Shown here in pieces: positions 1 to 9,079 of a stretch of DNA of 64,000 bases. The notes under the pieces were generated by a model. That model saw only the letters and a program-made list of their open reading frames with translations. It did not search any database and was not told where the DNA came from. How positions within the stretch are numbered: position 1 is the stretch's first letter; each line of letters starts with the position of its first letter. Source of the stretch: Christensenellales bacterium. Lineage in GTDB: Bacteria; Bacillota; Clostridia; Christensenellales; UBA1242. Location of the stretch: the NCBI GenBank assembly GCA_051889995.1, contig JBJFDL010000002.1, positions 145,051 through 209,050 of the forward strand, written 5' to 3'. The position numbers and the translations under genes are program-made.

Positions 1-213
1 AATTAAATAAAATGGAAAATTATTGAGCTTTAAAGAATAACCATCAATTATTATTAAATTCGGCTGTGTTTTTATAAACTTGTGAATTAAATTATAAAAA
101 TCGCTTTCGCAAAATAAATTATATTTTGTTCTTTTACAAATCTCCTTAATTCTTAAATATATTTCGTAATTGCTTTTAGTGTAAAATATTGCAGTTTTGT
201 TACAAATGCACAT
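1..213 (-). CDS. Partial CDS (first 71 codons, runs off the window start); hypothetical protein with a receiver-domain-like pattern
   Basis: ATG at 213-211 preceded by GGGAGA 8 nt upstream, with a stop just upstream in frame. Open to position 1 (MCICNKTAIFYTKSNYEIYLRIKEICKRTKYNLFCESDFYNLIHKFIKTQPNLIIIDGY...). The alternating beta/alpha pattern and LIIID resemble a receiver domain, but the N-terminal acidic pair is absent. Not in the ORF track because it has no stop in the window. Confidence 0.35.
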   Translation of the reverse strand, partial: MCICNKTAIFYTKSNYEIYLRIKEICKRTKYNLFCESDFYNLIHKFIKTQPNLIIIDGYSLKLNNFPFYLI

Positions 214-310
214 AAATTATTTCTCCCAAAGTTACCTTTAAGTCTATTATATACCATATTTTTGTAAAAAACAAGCGTTTTTTTAAAAAAATAATATTTT
301 TGTAAAAAAA

Positions 311-1528
311 TTAGTCAATCATCCAGTCTAAATAAAGCCCAAAACCTTTTGAACTGTCATTTATGAACACATGAGTTACAGCACCCACAATTTTACCATT
401 TTGAACAATAGGACTTCCACTCATACCCTGAACGATACCGCCAGTTTTATCTAAAAGCTCCTTATCAGTAACTTTTATAACCATACTTTTTTCTTTAGAA
501 GAGTTTTGATAATTAGTCTTTACAATTTCAATATCATATTCTTTGACTTCATTACCAGAAACACAACTTAAAATTTTAGCTTTTCCTGGACGCGCTGAAA
601 ACCTGCCACCAATTTTATATTCTCTAGTTTTTGCATCTTCAAGTAGTGAACTATTTTCTCCAATTTTACCATATATGCCCGTTTGAATATTTTGAGTTAT
701 TTCGCCTTGTATATTTTTTCCTTGTAAGAATAATCCTTTTAACTCGCCTGCTCGCCCCTTTTGTCCTTTATTTACGCCTATAATATTGCAAGCATATAAT
801 TTACCACCGGCAATATTATATGCTGATTTAGTTCCACTAACATTAATGGAATGCCCAAGAGCACCAAACTCGCCTTCTTTTGTAATGAAGGTTAGTGTTC
901 CAACACCACTTGCATCATTTTTAACCCATATTCCTAGTTTATATTCACCACTTTGCTCATCTAACGCTGGCATTAAACTTGTTTCATATTCCTTATTATT
1001 TCTTAAATATGTTATTTTAACACTATTTCCTTTATTTTCTTCACGATTTATTATTTCACTTATATCATCTATGTTATAAATAACTTCATCATTTAGTTTC
1101 ATTATAACATCTCCAACTTGTAAATCACTGTTTTCTAATGTGTTGACTAATCCATTTTTTGTTATAATACTATTTGACCCCATTAACATCACACCTTTTG
1201 TGTTCAAATATACTCCAACAGCATTACCACCTGCATAAACACTTTCTTCAACAGTCTTAACATAAAACGAGTTAATCGTTATTAAATTTAAAAATTTTAC
1301 ATTGACCTTTAATAAGTTATTATCAGCATAAACGCAATTTTTATCCAATGAAAGGGAATAAAAATCTCCCATTAATTTATTTTCATTAATATAATTTATA
1401 TCATCTAAACTAGCATAAGAATAGTATGAAATTGATGGATTAAAAAAAGGAATTATACTAAACCAAAAATTTAGCGACAAAACAAAAAATATTAAAAAAA
1501 CAAACTTTTTGCACTTAAATTTTGCCAT
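311..1528 (-). CDS. spoIVB: SpoIVB-type sporulation serine peptidase (S55)
   Basis: N-terminal membrane anchor, a PDZ-like stretch (LQVGDVIMKLNDEVI) and the C-terminal catalytic-serine context GMSGSPIVQNGKIVGAVTHVF. SD AAAGGAG upstream. Sits directly downstream of recN, as in Bacillus and Clostridium. Confidence 0.85.
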   Translation of the reverse strand: MAKFKCKKFVFLIFFVLSLNFWFSIIPFFNPSISYYSYASLDDINYINENKLMGDFYSLSLDKNCVYADNNLLKVNVKFLNLITINSFYVKTVEESVYAGGNAVGVYLNTKGVMLMGSNSIITKNGLVNTLENSDLQVGDVIMKLNDEVIYNIDDISEIINREENKGNSVKITYLRNNKEYETSLMPALDEQSGEYKLGIWVKNDASGVGTLTFITKEGEFGALGHSINVSGTKSAYNIAGGKLYACNIIGVNKGQKGRAGELKGLFLQGKNIQGEITQNIQTGIYGKIGENSSLLEDAKTREYKIGGRFSARPGKAKILSCVSGNEVKEYDIEIVKTNYQNSSKEKSMVIKVTDKELLDKTGGIVQGMSGSPIVQNGKIVGAVTHVFINDSSKGFGLYLDWMID

Positions 1529-1607
1529 TAAAAAACTCCTTTCAGTATGAAAGTAGTTTAATTAATTTTATTAATATTATTCTACAATAAAAATTTGACA
1601 ATTTTTA

Positions 1608-3290
1608 CTAAAGAGATTTTTTGTAATTTTCGCAAAACTCTACAACTTCTTTTGCGTGCTTTACAACGCTTTCAGTAATTGAACCAACTGACAAAAATCT
1701 GCACAACTCATTAATCTTTTCTTCGCTTTTAACCTCTAATATATTTGAAATTGTTTTTCCATTTTTTTCTATTTTTTTAACTAAGATATTTTTGTCAGCC
1801 ATAGCACAAATTTGGAATAAATGCGAAATTGCAATGATTTGATGATTACGTGAAATTTTAGCAAGTTTTTTACTTGTTGCAATTGAAGCCTCTCCACTAA
1901 TGCCAGTGTCTAACTCATCAAAAATCATGGCAGACAAGTTATCGTTTTCACTTGTAATTGTTTTAATTGCCAGCATCAAGCGTGATATTTCACCACCAGA
2001 AGCCACCAAATTTAATGGGTTTGGTTTTTCCCCCAAGTTTGCAGAAAATAATATTTGAACGTTATCTGCACCCTTGTTTGTTAAAAGATTTTCAAAATTT
2101 TGTTCAAAGTTTTCAAAAACGAACTTTATTTGTGCGTGTGGCATAGAAAGTTCTTTTAGTTCATCTAAAATTTTCGTTTCTAAAATCTTTGCGTTTTTTT
2201 GACGACTTTGAGAAATCTCGCAACTTAAATTATATAAATATTTCAACAATTCTTTCTTTTCTTTATTTAATTTTTCTAACTCATCAGCAAAATTAATAAG
2301 ATATTCTTTCTTTTCCTTTGCTTCGTCTAGAAATTTCATAATGTTTTCATATGAATCGCCATATTTTTTATGTAAACTCTTATATTTGTCTAACCTTTCA
2401 TCAATTTCATTAAGTCTTTCTTCATTAAATTCAATTGTGAAAAGACTTTCCAATTCTTCGAATACATCTTCAAGTTCAATTTCACAAGACGATATTCTGT
2501 TAGACAAACTTTCACAAGCGTTATCATATTTTAAAAGATTATCAACTTCATGGTTTAACTTTTTTATTAATGAAGAAATAGAATATGCTCCATTTTTATA
2601 ATACTCTTTAGCATTATTTAGCGAAACAGCTATTTTTTCAGCATTTTTCATCAATATTTTTTCATTTTCGAGCATTTCTTCTTCATTTTCGCTAATTTTT
2701 GCATTTTCTATTTCATCAATTTGATAAGTTAATAGGTCTAACTCTCTTTCTCTTATACTCTCATCTTTGTCAAGTTCGCTTATTTTCTTATTAATTTCTT
2801 GAAGTTCACAAAATTTTTCTTTAATATCTTTAAAATCCGTCTTACCAAATTTATCAATTAATTCCAATTGATTATTTTTATTTAAAATTGATAAGTTTTC
2901 ATTTTGAGAATGAATATCAATTAATTTTGCACCAAGTTTTTTCAAATACATTAAAGGAACAATTTGTCCGTTAATTTTTATTTCATTCTTATTGTCAGTG
3001 CTTATTTTGCGAGAAATAATTATTGTTTCATCATATTCTAAATCTAGTTCATTAAAAATTGCTTCAATCTCTTTTCTATTATCAATAAAACAGCCTTCAA
3101 CTTTTAAAAAGTCTTCGCCACTTTTAATTAAGGTTTTATCACTTTTTGCACCAAGTAACAAATTTATTGCGTCTAAGGTAATGCTCTTACCTGCACCCGT
3201 TTCGCCACTTATAATATTTAATTTATCATCAAAATCTAATTCTGCATCATTAATTAATGCAACATTTTTTATCTTTAAAGTTTTAATCAT
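1608..3290 (-). CDS. recN: DNA repair protein RecN
   Basis: N-terminal Walker A GETGAGKS, a long coiled-coil middle, and a C-terminal ASGGEISRLMLAIK signature followed by FDELDTGISGE. Confidence 0.9.
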   Translation of the reverse strand: MIKTLKIKNVALINDAELDFDDKLNIISGETGAGKSITLDAINLLLGAKSDKTLIKSGEDFLKVEGCFIDNRKEIEAIFNELDLEYDETIIISRKISTDNKNEIKINGQIVPLMYLKKLGAKLIDIHSQNENLSILNKNNQLELIDKFGKTDFKDIKEKFCELQEINKKISELDKDESIRERELDLLTYQIDEIENAKISENEEEMLENEKILMKNAEKIAVSLNNAKEYYKNGAYSISSLIKKLNHEVDNLLKYDNACESLSNRISSCEIELEDVFEELESLFTIEFNEERLNEIDERLDKYKSLHKKYGDSYENIMKFLDEAKEKKEYLINFADELEKLNKEKKELLKYLYNLSCEISQSRQKNAKILETKILDELKELSMPHAQIKFVFENFEQNFENLLTNKGADNVQILFSANLGEKPNPLNLVASGGEISRLMLAIKTITSENDNLSAMIFDELDTGISGEASIATSKKLAKISRNHQIIAISHLFQICAMADKNILVKKIEKNGKTISNILEVKSEEKINELCRFLSVGSITESVVKHAKEVVEFCENYKKSL

Positions 3291-3361
3291 ACAATAAAGT
3301 ATACTATAAAAAAATTAAAATTGCAAGCAATAAAAAAGCATAACAAATGTTATGCCTTAAA

Positions 3362-4750
3362 TTATATTTTTTCTAAATGTGAACCTTCTTTATTGTCAAC
3401 AACTTTATACCCTTTTGATAATATTAAATCTCTTAATTCATCACTCTTTTTGTAATCTTTGTTTCGTCTTGCCTCGGTTCTTTCATTTAATAGTTTTATC
3501 AATTCTTCTGGAACTTCGTCTACTTTATCTTCTTTTGCAGTCAATCCTAATCCCAAAACGCCATCAAACTCTTCAATTAAAGCAAGTTTTGATGCATCTG
3601 TCATATCACTCTTTAATGTATCATAAACAACTGTTAACGCCATTGGTGTGTTTAGATTGTTTTCTAATGCATCTTTGAAAGTTTTTCTATAATTTTCCAT
3701 CTTATCATTTTCTATTTGTCCATCTTCTTTTAATGCTTGAATTTTTTTAATTAACTTTTCATAAGCATTTTTAGCAATATCTAAATTTTCATAAGAGAAA
3801 ACCAAATTTTTTAGATAATGAGATTGCAGGCAAAAATATTTATATGCCAATGGATTGTAGCCTTTGTTTATCAAATCGTCAATAGTAACAAATTTTCCAC
3901 TACTTTTGCTCATTTTCCCATCACTCATATTCAAGTGTCTTGGATGGAACCAGTAATTACACCATTTATGACCTAAATAGCTTTCACTTTGAGCAATTTC
4001 ATTTGTGTGATGAGGAAATTTATTATCAATTCCTCCACAGTGAATGTCTAGATATTCGCCAAGATATTTTAATGATATTGCACTACATTCAATATGCCAA
4101 CCTGGATATCCAACTCCCCATGGACTATCCCATTTTAATGCTTGTGCTTCAAATTTAGATTTTGTGAACCATAAAACAAAATCTTGTGGATGTTTTTTGT
4201 TTACATCTTCTTCAACATCATCTCGAACACCAACCATTAAATCTTCATTTGATTGTTTAACAAGTGTGTAATAGTTTTTAAGTTTTGATGTGTCAAAATA
4301 TATATTACCATCTGAAAAATAAGCATAGCCTGTGTCAATCAACTTTTGAATCATCTTGATATATTCATCTATCATACTTGTTGCTGGAACAACAATATCA
4401 GGCCACTTTAGATTTAATTTTTTAAAATCGTTTTTAAATGCTTCAGTATAAAATTGTGCTATTTCCAAAATGCTTTTATGCTCTCTTAAAGCACCTTTTA
4501 GCATTTTATCTTCGCCTTCATCAGCATCAGATTCCAAGTGTCCCACATCTGTTATATTCATTGCTCTTTTAACATCATAGCCTAAATAAAGCAAAGTTTT
4601 TTCCAAAATGTCTTCATATATATAAGTTCTTAAATTACCAATGTGCGCAAAATAGTAAACAGTAGGACCACAAGTATACATTTTAACTTTGCCCTTTTCG
4701 TTAGGAATAAACTCTTCTCTTCTGTCGCCCAAACTATTGTATAAAATCAT
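3362..4750 (-). CDS. cysS: Cysteine--tRNA ligase
   Basis: Class I motifs HIGN (FAHIGNLRT) and KMSKS (GKMSKSSG). The GWHIECS zinc/cysteine-binding region is typical of CysRS. SD AGAGG upstream. Confidence 0.93.
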   Translation of the reverse strand: MILYNSLGDRREEFIPNEKGKVKMYTCGPTVYYFAHIGNLRTYIYEDILEKTLLYLGYDVKRAMNITDVGHLESDADEGEDKMLKGALREHKSILEIAQFYTEAFKNDFKKLNLKWPDIVVPATSMIDEYIKMIQKLIDTGYAYFSDGNIYFDTSKLKNYYTLVKQSNEDLMVGVRDDVEEDVNKKHPQDFVLWFTKSKFEAQALKWDSPWGVGYPGWHIECSAISLKYLGEYLDIHCGGIDNKFPHHTNEIAQSESYLGHKWCNYWFHPRHLNMSDGKMSKSSGKFVTIDDLINKGYNPLAYKYFCLQSHYLKNLVFSYENLDIAKNAYEKLIKKIQALKEDGQIENDKMENYRKTFKDALENNLNTPMALTVVYDTLKSDMTDASKLALIEEFDGVLGLGLTAKEDKVDEVPEELIKLLNERTEARRNKDYKKSDELRDLILSKGYKVVDNKEGSHLEKI

Positions 4751-4869
4751 AATAACCTCTATAAAATATTATCTATTCTTTTCTTGCTTTTTATGTTCTT
4801 TTAGATACGTTTATATTAGCACAAAAAAAGAAATATTGTCAATAAAATTATTCTTTTTGAATAACATTG

Positions 4870-7113
4870 TTATTTTGAATTAAAAATATTTATAAAACTC
4901 TCATCTTCTTGAATAAGAAATGTTTTTAAATAACTATATCTTTGTGCTTGATATGTGTTCCTAATCATTCTTCTCAAATTCACTTTATTACCTACTAAAA
5001 CAACCATTTTTTTTGCTCTTGTAACACCCGTGTAAAGCAAATTTCTTGTTAAAATTATGCTTGGACCTGCAATAATTGGCATAACAACAACATCAAACTC
5101 ACTACCTTGACTTTTATGAATCGTTATCGCATAACTCAATGTTAGTTGATTTAAATCTTGTTTTAAGTAAATGGCTTTTCTTCCATCTTCAAATAATACA
5201 GTTATTTCATTATCATTAAGATTAATATCTTCAATTTGACCAATATCTCCATTAAAAACACCAACGCCTTCTTCGATTAAGAAATCATTAATTTGTCTTT
5301 TCCAAGTTTGTTCATAATTATTTGAAGTTTGCATTACCTTGTCGCCCAACCTGTAAGTGCAGTGTTCAAGTGAAATTTCTGGTTTGTATTCATCTGGTGG
5401 ATTAATTTTTTCTTGCAATTCTTTGTTTAAGTTATCAACACCACAAACGGCATTTTTCATTGGAGCTAAAACTTGCACTTTTGTTGATTCAATATTTAAA
5501 AAATTAGGCAAACGATTAGTAACAAGTTCAATTATAGTTTTTGCAATTTCTTCGCTTTCTTGTTTGCTTTCAAAGAAGAAGTCTTTACTTGAATTATCTA
5601 AAACAGGCATTTCACCCGTGTTTATTGCATGAGCATTCGTTATTATTAAACTTTTGCTATCTTGTCTGTAAATTTCAGTCAACATTGTAACATCAACGAC
5701 ATTACTTTTTAAAATATCAGCTAAAACATTTCCTGCTCCAACACTAGGTAGTTGGTCTTTATCGCCAACCAATATAACCTGACTACCCTTTTTGATGGCC
5801 TTTAATAGATGATAGAAAATTGTTATATCTACCATTGAAACTTCGTCAACAATAATCGTATCAACATTAAGAGGATTAAGCTCGTTTCGATTGAATAATG
5901 ATGTTGAATTTTCTTTAAAATTAAGCTCCAAAGCTCTGTGAATTGTGCTCGCATCTTCAAAAGTGCTTTCGCTCAATCTTTTGCTTGCTCTTCCTGTTGG
6001 TGCCAAAAGACAAAATTTTTTATTTTGTAGTTTTAATAAATAAATTAAACATTTCACTATTGTTGTTTTACCTGTTCCCGGTCCACCAGTGATGACGGAA
6101 AAGCCTGAATTTATTGAATTTATAACAGCCTTAATTTGATTTTCGTGCAATTTAAAATTGTTTTGCCTTTCAAATTCTTTAATTTCAATTTCCGGGTTAA
6201 TTTTAGGCGTTAAAAATGTGTGTTTTAATGCTATAATTTTGTTTGCAACACTTTTTTCCATTTTGAAATAACGTGTTAGCATTATGTTTTGCTCATCTTC
6301 TTCATCTATTAGCGTGATAATATTATCTATAGATAATTCTGACAATATTTTTTCTAAACTTTTATCAATTAAAAACAGTGCAAGTTTTAACAACTTACTC
6401 GTTTCAATAAAAAGTTCTTTCTTAGGAAGATAAGTGTTTCCATTTTTATCACTATTTTCTTTCAAAATATGCAAAATTGCTGCACGAATTCTAAATTCGC
6501 TTTTTTCACTTAATCCTATTTTTTTAGCAATTCTATCGGCCGACAAAAATCCAACACCATCTATATCTTCAATTAGTTTATAAGGATTTTCAGTAACTAT
6601 TTTTTCAGTTTTTTCACCATATATATTGTAAATTTTAATTGCCATATTTGTTGAAATATCATAACTTTGCAAAAACATAATTGCATTTTGCATCTTTTTA
6701 AGTTCATCAAACGCTTCGTGAATTTGCACTGCTTTTGCTGGACTTATGCCCCTAACCTCAACAAGTCTTTGTGGGTTGTATTCAATTATGTCAAGTGTAT
6801 CTTCTTTAAATTTTGCAACAATATTCATGCTGGTAACAGGTCCAACGCCTTTAATTAATCCACTTCCTAAATATTTAATAATTCCATCTAAACTTTTTGG
6901 TTGCAAAACTTTTACGTCACTAACTTTAAATTGTTCACCGTATTTTTTATCTTTAATTAAGTTTCCCTGCATTTCAACATTTTGACCTTCTATAACTATT
7001 GGAAACTTACCAACACAAGTAAGCATTTCGCCATTGTCATCTACAATAGCAACAGTATAACCATTAACCTCATTTCTATAAATAATTTCTTCAATACTTC
7101 CCGTTATTCTCAT
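4870..7113 (-). CDS. recD2: RecD2-type (YrrC-like) SF1 5'-3' DNA helicase
   Basis: Walker A GGPGTGKTT, Walker B IIVDEVSMVD, VLVGDKDQLPSVG, and C-terminal TIHKSQGSEFDVV and YTGVTRAK motifs. HhH-like region in the N-terminal half. Confidence 0.85.
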   Translation of the reverse strand: MRITGSIEEIIYRNEVNGYTVAIVDDNGEMLTCVGKFPIVIEGQNVEMQGNLIKDKKYGEQFKVSDVKVLQPKSLDGIIKYLGSGLIKGVGPVTSMNIVAKFKEDTLDIIEYNPQRLVEVRGISPAKAVQIHEAFDELKKMQNAIMFLQSYDISTNMAIKIYNIYGEKTEKIVTENPYKLIEDIDGVGFLSADRIAKKIGLSEKSEFRIRAAILHILKENSDKNGNTYLPKKELFIETSKLLKLALFLIDKSLEKILSELSIDNIITLIDEEDEQNIMLTRYFKMEKSVANKIIALKHTFLTPKINPEIEIKEFERQNNFKLHENQIKAVINSINSGFSVITGGPGTGKTTIVKCLIYLLKLQNKKFCLLAPTGRASKRLSESTFEDASTIHRALELNFKENSTSLFNRNELNPLNVDTIIVDEVSMVDITIFYHLLKAIKKGSQVILVGDKDQLPSVGAGNVLADILKSNVVDVTMLTEIYRQDSKSLIITNAHAINTGEMPVLDNSSKDFFFESKQESEEIAKTIIELVTNRLPNFLNIESTKVQVLAPMKNAVCGVDNLNKELQEKINPPDEYKPEISLEHCTYRLGDKVMQTSNNYEQTWKRQINDFLIEEGVGVFNGDIGQIEDINLNDNEITVLFEDGRKAIYLKQDLNQLTLSYAITIHKSQGSEFDVVVMPIIAGPSIILTRNLLYTGVTRAKKMVVLVGNKVNLRRMIRNTYQAQRYSYLKTFLIQEDESFINIFNSK

Positions 7114-7171
7114 ATATTATAAGATAACAATTTTCTATTAAAAAGTCAATCTAATAAAAAACTTTTAACAA

Positions 7172-7198
7172 TAAAAAAGCAAGTGTTTTTCACTTGCT
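7172..7198 (-). terminator. Rho-independent terminator of the ATPase/vWA operon
   Basis: Hairpin AGCAAGTG-TTTTT-CACTTGCT (7178-7198) immediately after the stop at 7199. An A-run on the plus strand gives a U-run on the minus transcript. Confidence 0.75.
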
Positions 7199-8674
7199 TT
7201 ATGGCAAATATTCGTCATCGTTTTTTACAGCATTTTCTCCATTCATTATTTCAGATGTGGTAACATTTATCACTCTTCCACAAGATGGTTTAAAGTTTTT
7301 ATTATCATAAACTATCCAAATAATTTCATTGTCATCACCATTATAACTATCATAGCCATCTGTAAAAACAATTCTATTAACTTCTTTTTTTCTTGTAAAA
7401 AATGAGGTCGCATAATCAAAATTTGTCCCATACCCACCAGAAATTTTAAAATTGTCTACATCATTTTTATTGTTTATTTTTTGAAATCCGTAAAAATTAT
7501 TATCAAAACAAGCAACAGAAAGTTTTGTATTTTTTGCAAGAATTTTAATTTGTCTTAAGAAAGAAATTACTAATTCTCTCGAAACTGATGCAGAAGTATC
7601 AATTAAAACTTCTGTAAATCTTTCACTATCATCATCGATGTCTTCAAGTCTTGATGTTGTCGTTCTTCTTTTTGACCATATTGTTTCAAAATTGTCCATT
7701 TTGTCTTTTAAAATTTTTTTCCAGTCTAATATACTTTTTTCTGTCCCAATATCAATTTTTACATCATTTTTATTCTTATCATTATATATATGTTTCAATT
7801 TTTCAGTTTGTTTTTGTTTAAGTTCTTTGAAAAGTTTTTTCCTTAGTTGTCTGTTTTCTTCAAAAACTTGTTTTTCATTAATACCTATATTTTGAGCATC
7901 TAAACCATCATTTTCTCTTAAATTCTTTCCACCACCAGTTTTTCCTGCTTCTTTAGAATTAGAAGAAAATGAGTTATTAGAACTTTGATTTTGGTCAGAT
8001 GAAATTTTGGCATTGTTGTCTGATTTTTCTTGAGAATCAGCATTTTTTGATTGATTATTTTCTTTTTTGCTTGTTTCTTGTTCATTTTCTTTGGCTTGAT
8101 TTTTTTTGTTTTGCCAAATCTCATGGTTATCTACTAATTTTTTGCCTTCGGTAATGTTTGAATAGTCTTGATTTTCTTGAGAATAACTTATTTCATCACC
8201 AATCGATTGACTTTGAAACTTTTGTTCACTAAATTCTTTTCGATTAGCTTTATTTCTCTCGAGTTGTTGCTTTAATATTTCGTAATATTCTTCGGCTGTA
8301 TAGTTTATTGATTCTGGTTTATTAATGTAGTCTTCTCGAATCACAAAGCCATCTTTTTCTAAATTAGCATTAATTATTGCATCGGTAGCAATATTCCAAA
8401 GTTTTAAATCATCTATATTGTTTTTATTGTTTTCAAAACGATACATGTGTTTGAAAACTATATGTAAAATTTCATGGGCCATTAAAAAGGCTCGGTCGTT
8501 TTCGGTTAAACTAGCAAAATAATCTGGGTCGATGTAAATATTTTTTCCATCTGTTGCTGCTGTTTTAACACTTAAATCTTTTGCGCATATAAAATTTGCA
8601 TTGGCGATTTCTGCACCAAACACCGGATATTTTAACATAATAAATTTTTTTGTTTGTTCTATTAAATCTTCCAT
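7199..8674 (-). CDS. Predicted metallopeptidase fused to a vWA-like domain (DUF2201/COG3864-like architecture)
   Basis: N-terminal HExxH (MAHEILHIVFKH). Long N/Q/S/K/E-rich low-complexity linker. C-terminal MIDAS-like DxSxS (VLIDTSASVS), consistent with a vWA fold. Start lies 8 nt after the stop of the upstream small ORF. Confidence 0.7.
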   Translation of the reverse strand: MEDLIEQTKKFIMLKYPVFGAEIANANFICAKDLSVKTAATDGKNIYIDPDYFASLTENDRAFLMAHEILHIVFKHMYRFENNKNNIDDLKLWNIATDAIINANLEKDGFVIREDYINKPESINYTAEEYYEILKQQLERNKANRKEFSEQKFQSQSIGDEISYSQENQDYSNITEGKKLVDNHEIWQNKKNQAKENEQETSKKENNQSKNADSQEKSDNNAKISSDQNQSSNNSFSSNSKEAGKTGGGKNLRENDGLDAQNIGINEKQVFEENRQLRKKLFKELKQKQTEKLKHIYNDKNKNDVKIDIGTEKSILDWKKILKDKMDNFETIWSKRRTTTSRLEDIDDDSERFTEVLIDTSASVSRELVISFLRQIKILAKNTKLSVACFDNNFYGFQKINNKNDVDNFKISGGYGTNFDYATSFFTRKKEVNRIVFTDGYDSYNGDDNEIIWIVYDNKNFKPSCGRVINVTTSEIMNGENAVKNDDEYLP

Positions 8675-8682
8675 TCAAACAC

Positions 8683-9078
8683 CTACATACACATTAAAGC
8701 CAATTTTCTAATTTCATCTGATAATTTATTAAAATTATCTTCGTTTTCAATAGTTAAAGCAATAATGATATTTTCTGGTAATTTATAACCGTTAAATTCT
8801 CTATCTTTAATCAAGCCAACGAATCTATCTTGCATATCAAAATCTGCTTTATCCATATTATTAATAACAAGATAGCCTATTTCAACTCTTTCACTTAAAT
8901 TGTTTATTTTTTCTTCAAAAATTAATGTTCCATTATTAAATAAAAACTCATTAGAGATATTTGCTTGAATTGAAACTAATTTCTTTAAATTTTTAAAATT
9001 GTCTTCTTTCACAACTACGCATTGCCCTTTTGAGCAGTGTTTTAAAATAAATAAATTAATGTCAATACTTTTTTTCAT
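8683..9078 (-). CDS. Small hypothetical protein (131 aa) between the ATPase and the vWA-peptidase
   Basis: I prefer the ATG at 9078, which has GGTGGAG upstream and lies 1 nt after the ATPase stop at 9080-9082. The track start at 9114 overlaps the ATPase. The segment YLVINNMDKADFDMQDRFVGLIKDREFNGYKLPENIIIALT resembles the Walker-B-to-sensor-1 part of AAA_5 ATPases, but no P-loop is present. Confidence 0.6.
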   Translation of the reverse strand: MKKSIDINLFILKHCSKGQCVVVKEDNFKNLKKLVSIQANISNEFLFNNGTLIFEEKINNLSERVEIGYLVINNMDKADFDMQDRFVGLIKDREFNGYKLPENIIIALTIENEDNFNKLSDEIRKLALMCM

Positions 9079-9079
9079 A

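Noticed and set aside
7918-8124. 68-aa Lys-rich same-strand alternative-frame ORF inside the vWA-peptidase gene.
   Set aside because: It falls in the low-complexity A-rich linker, where any frame stays open. There is no independent start signal.
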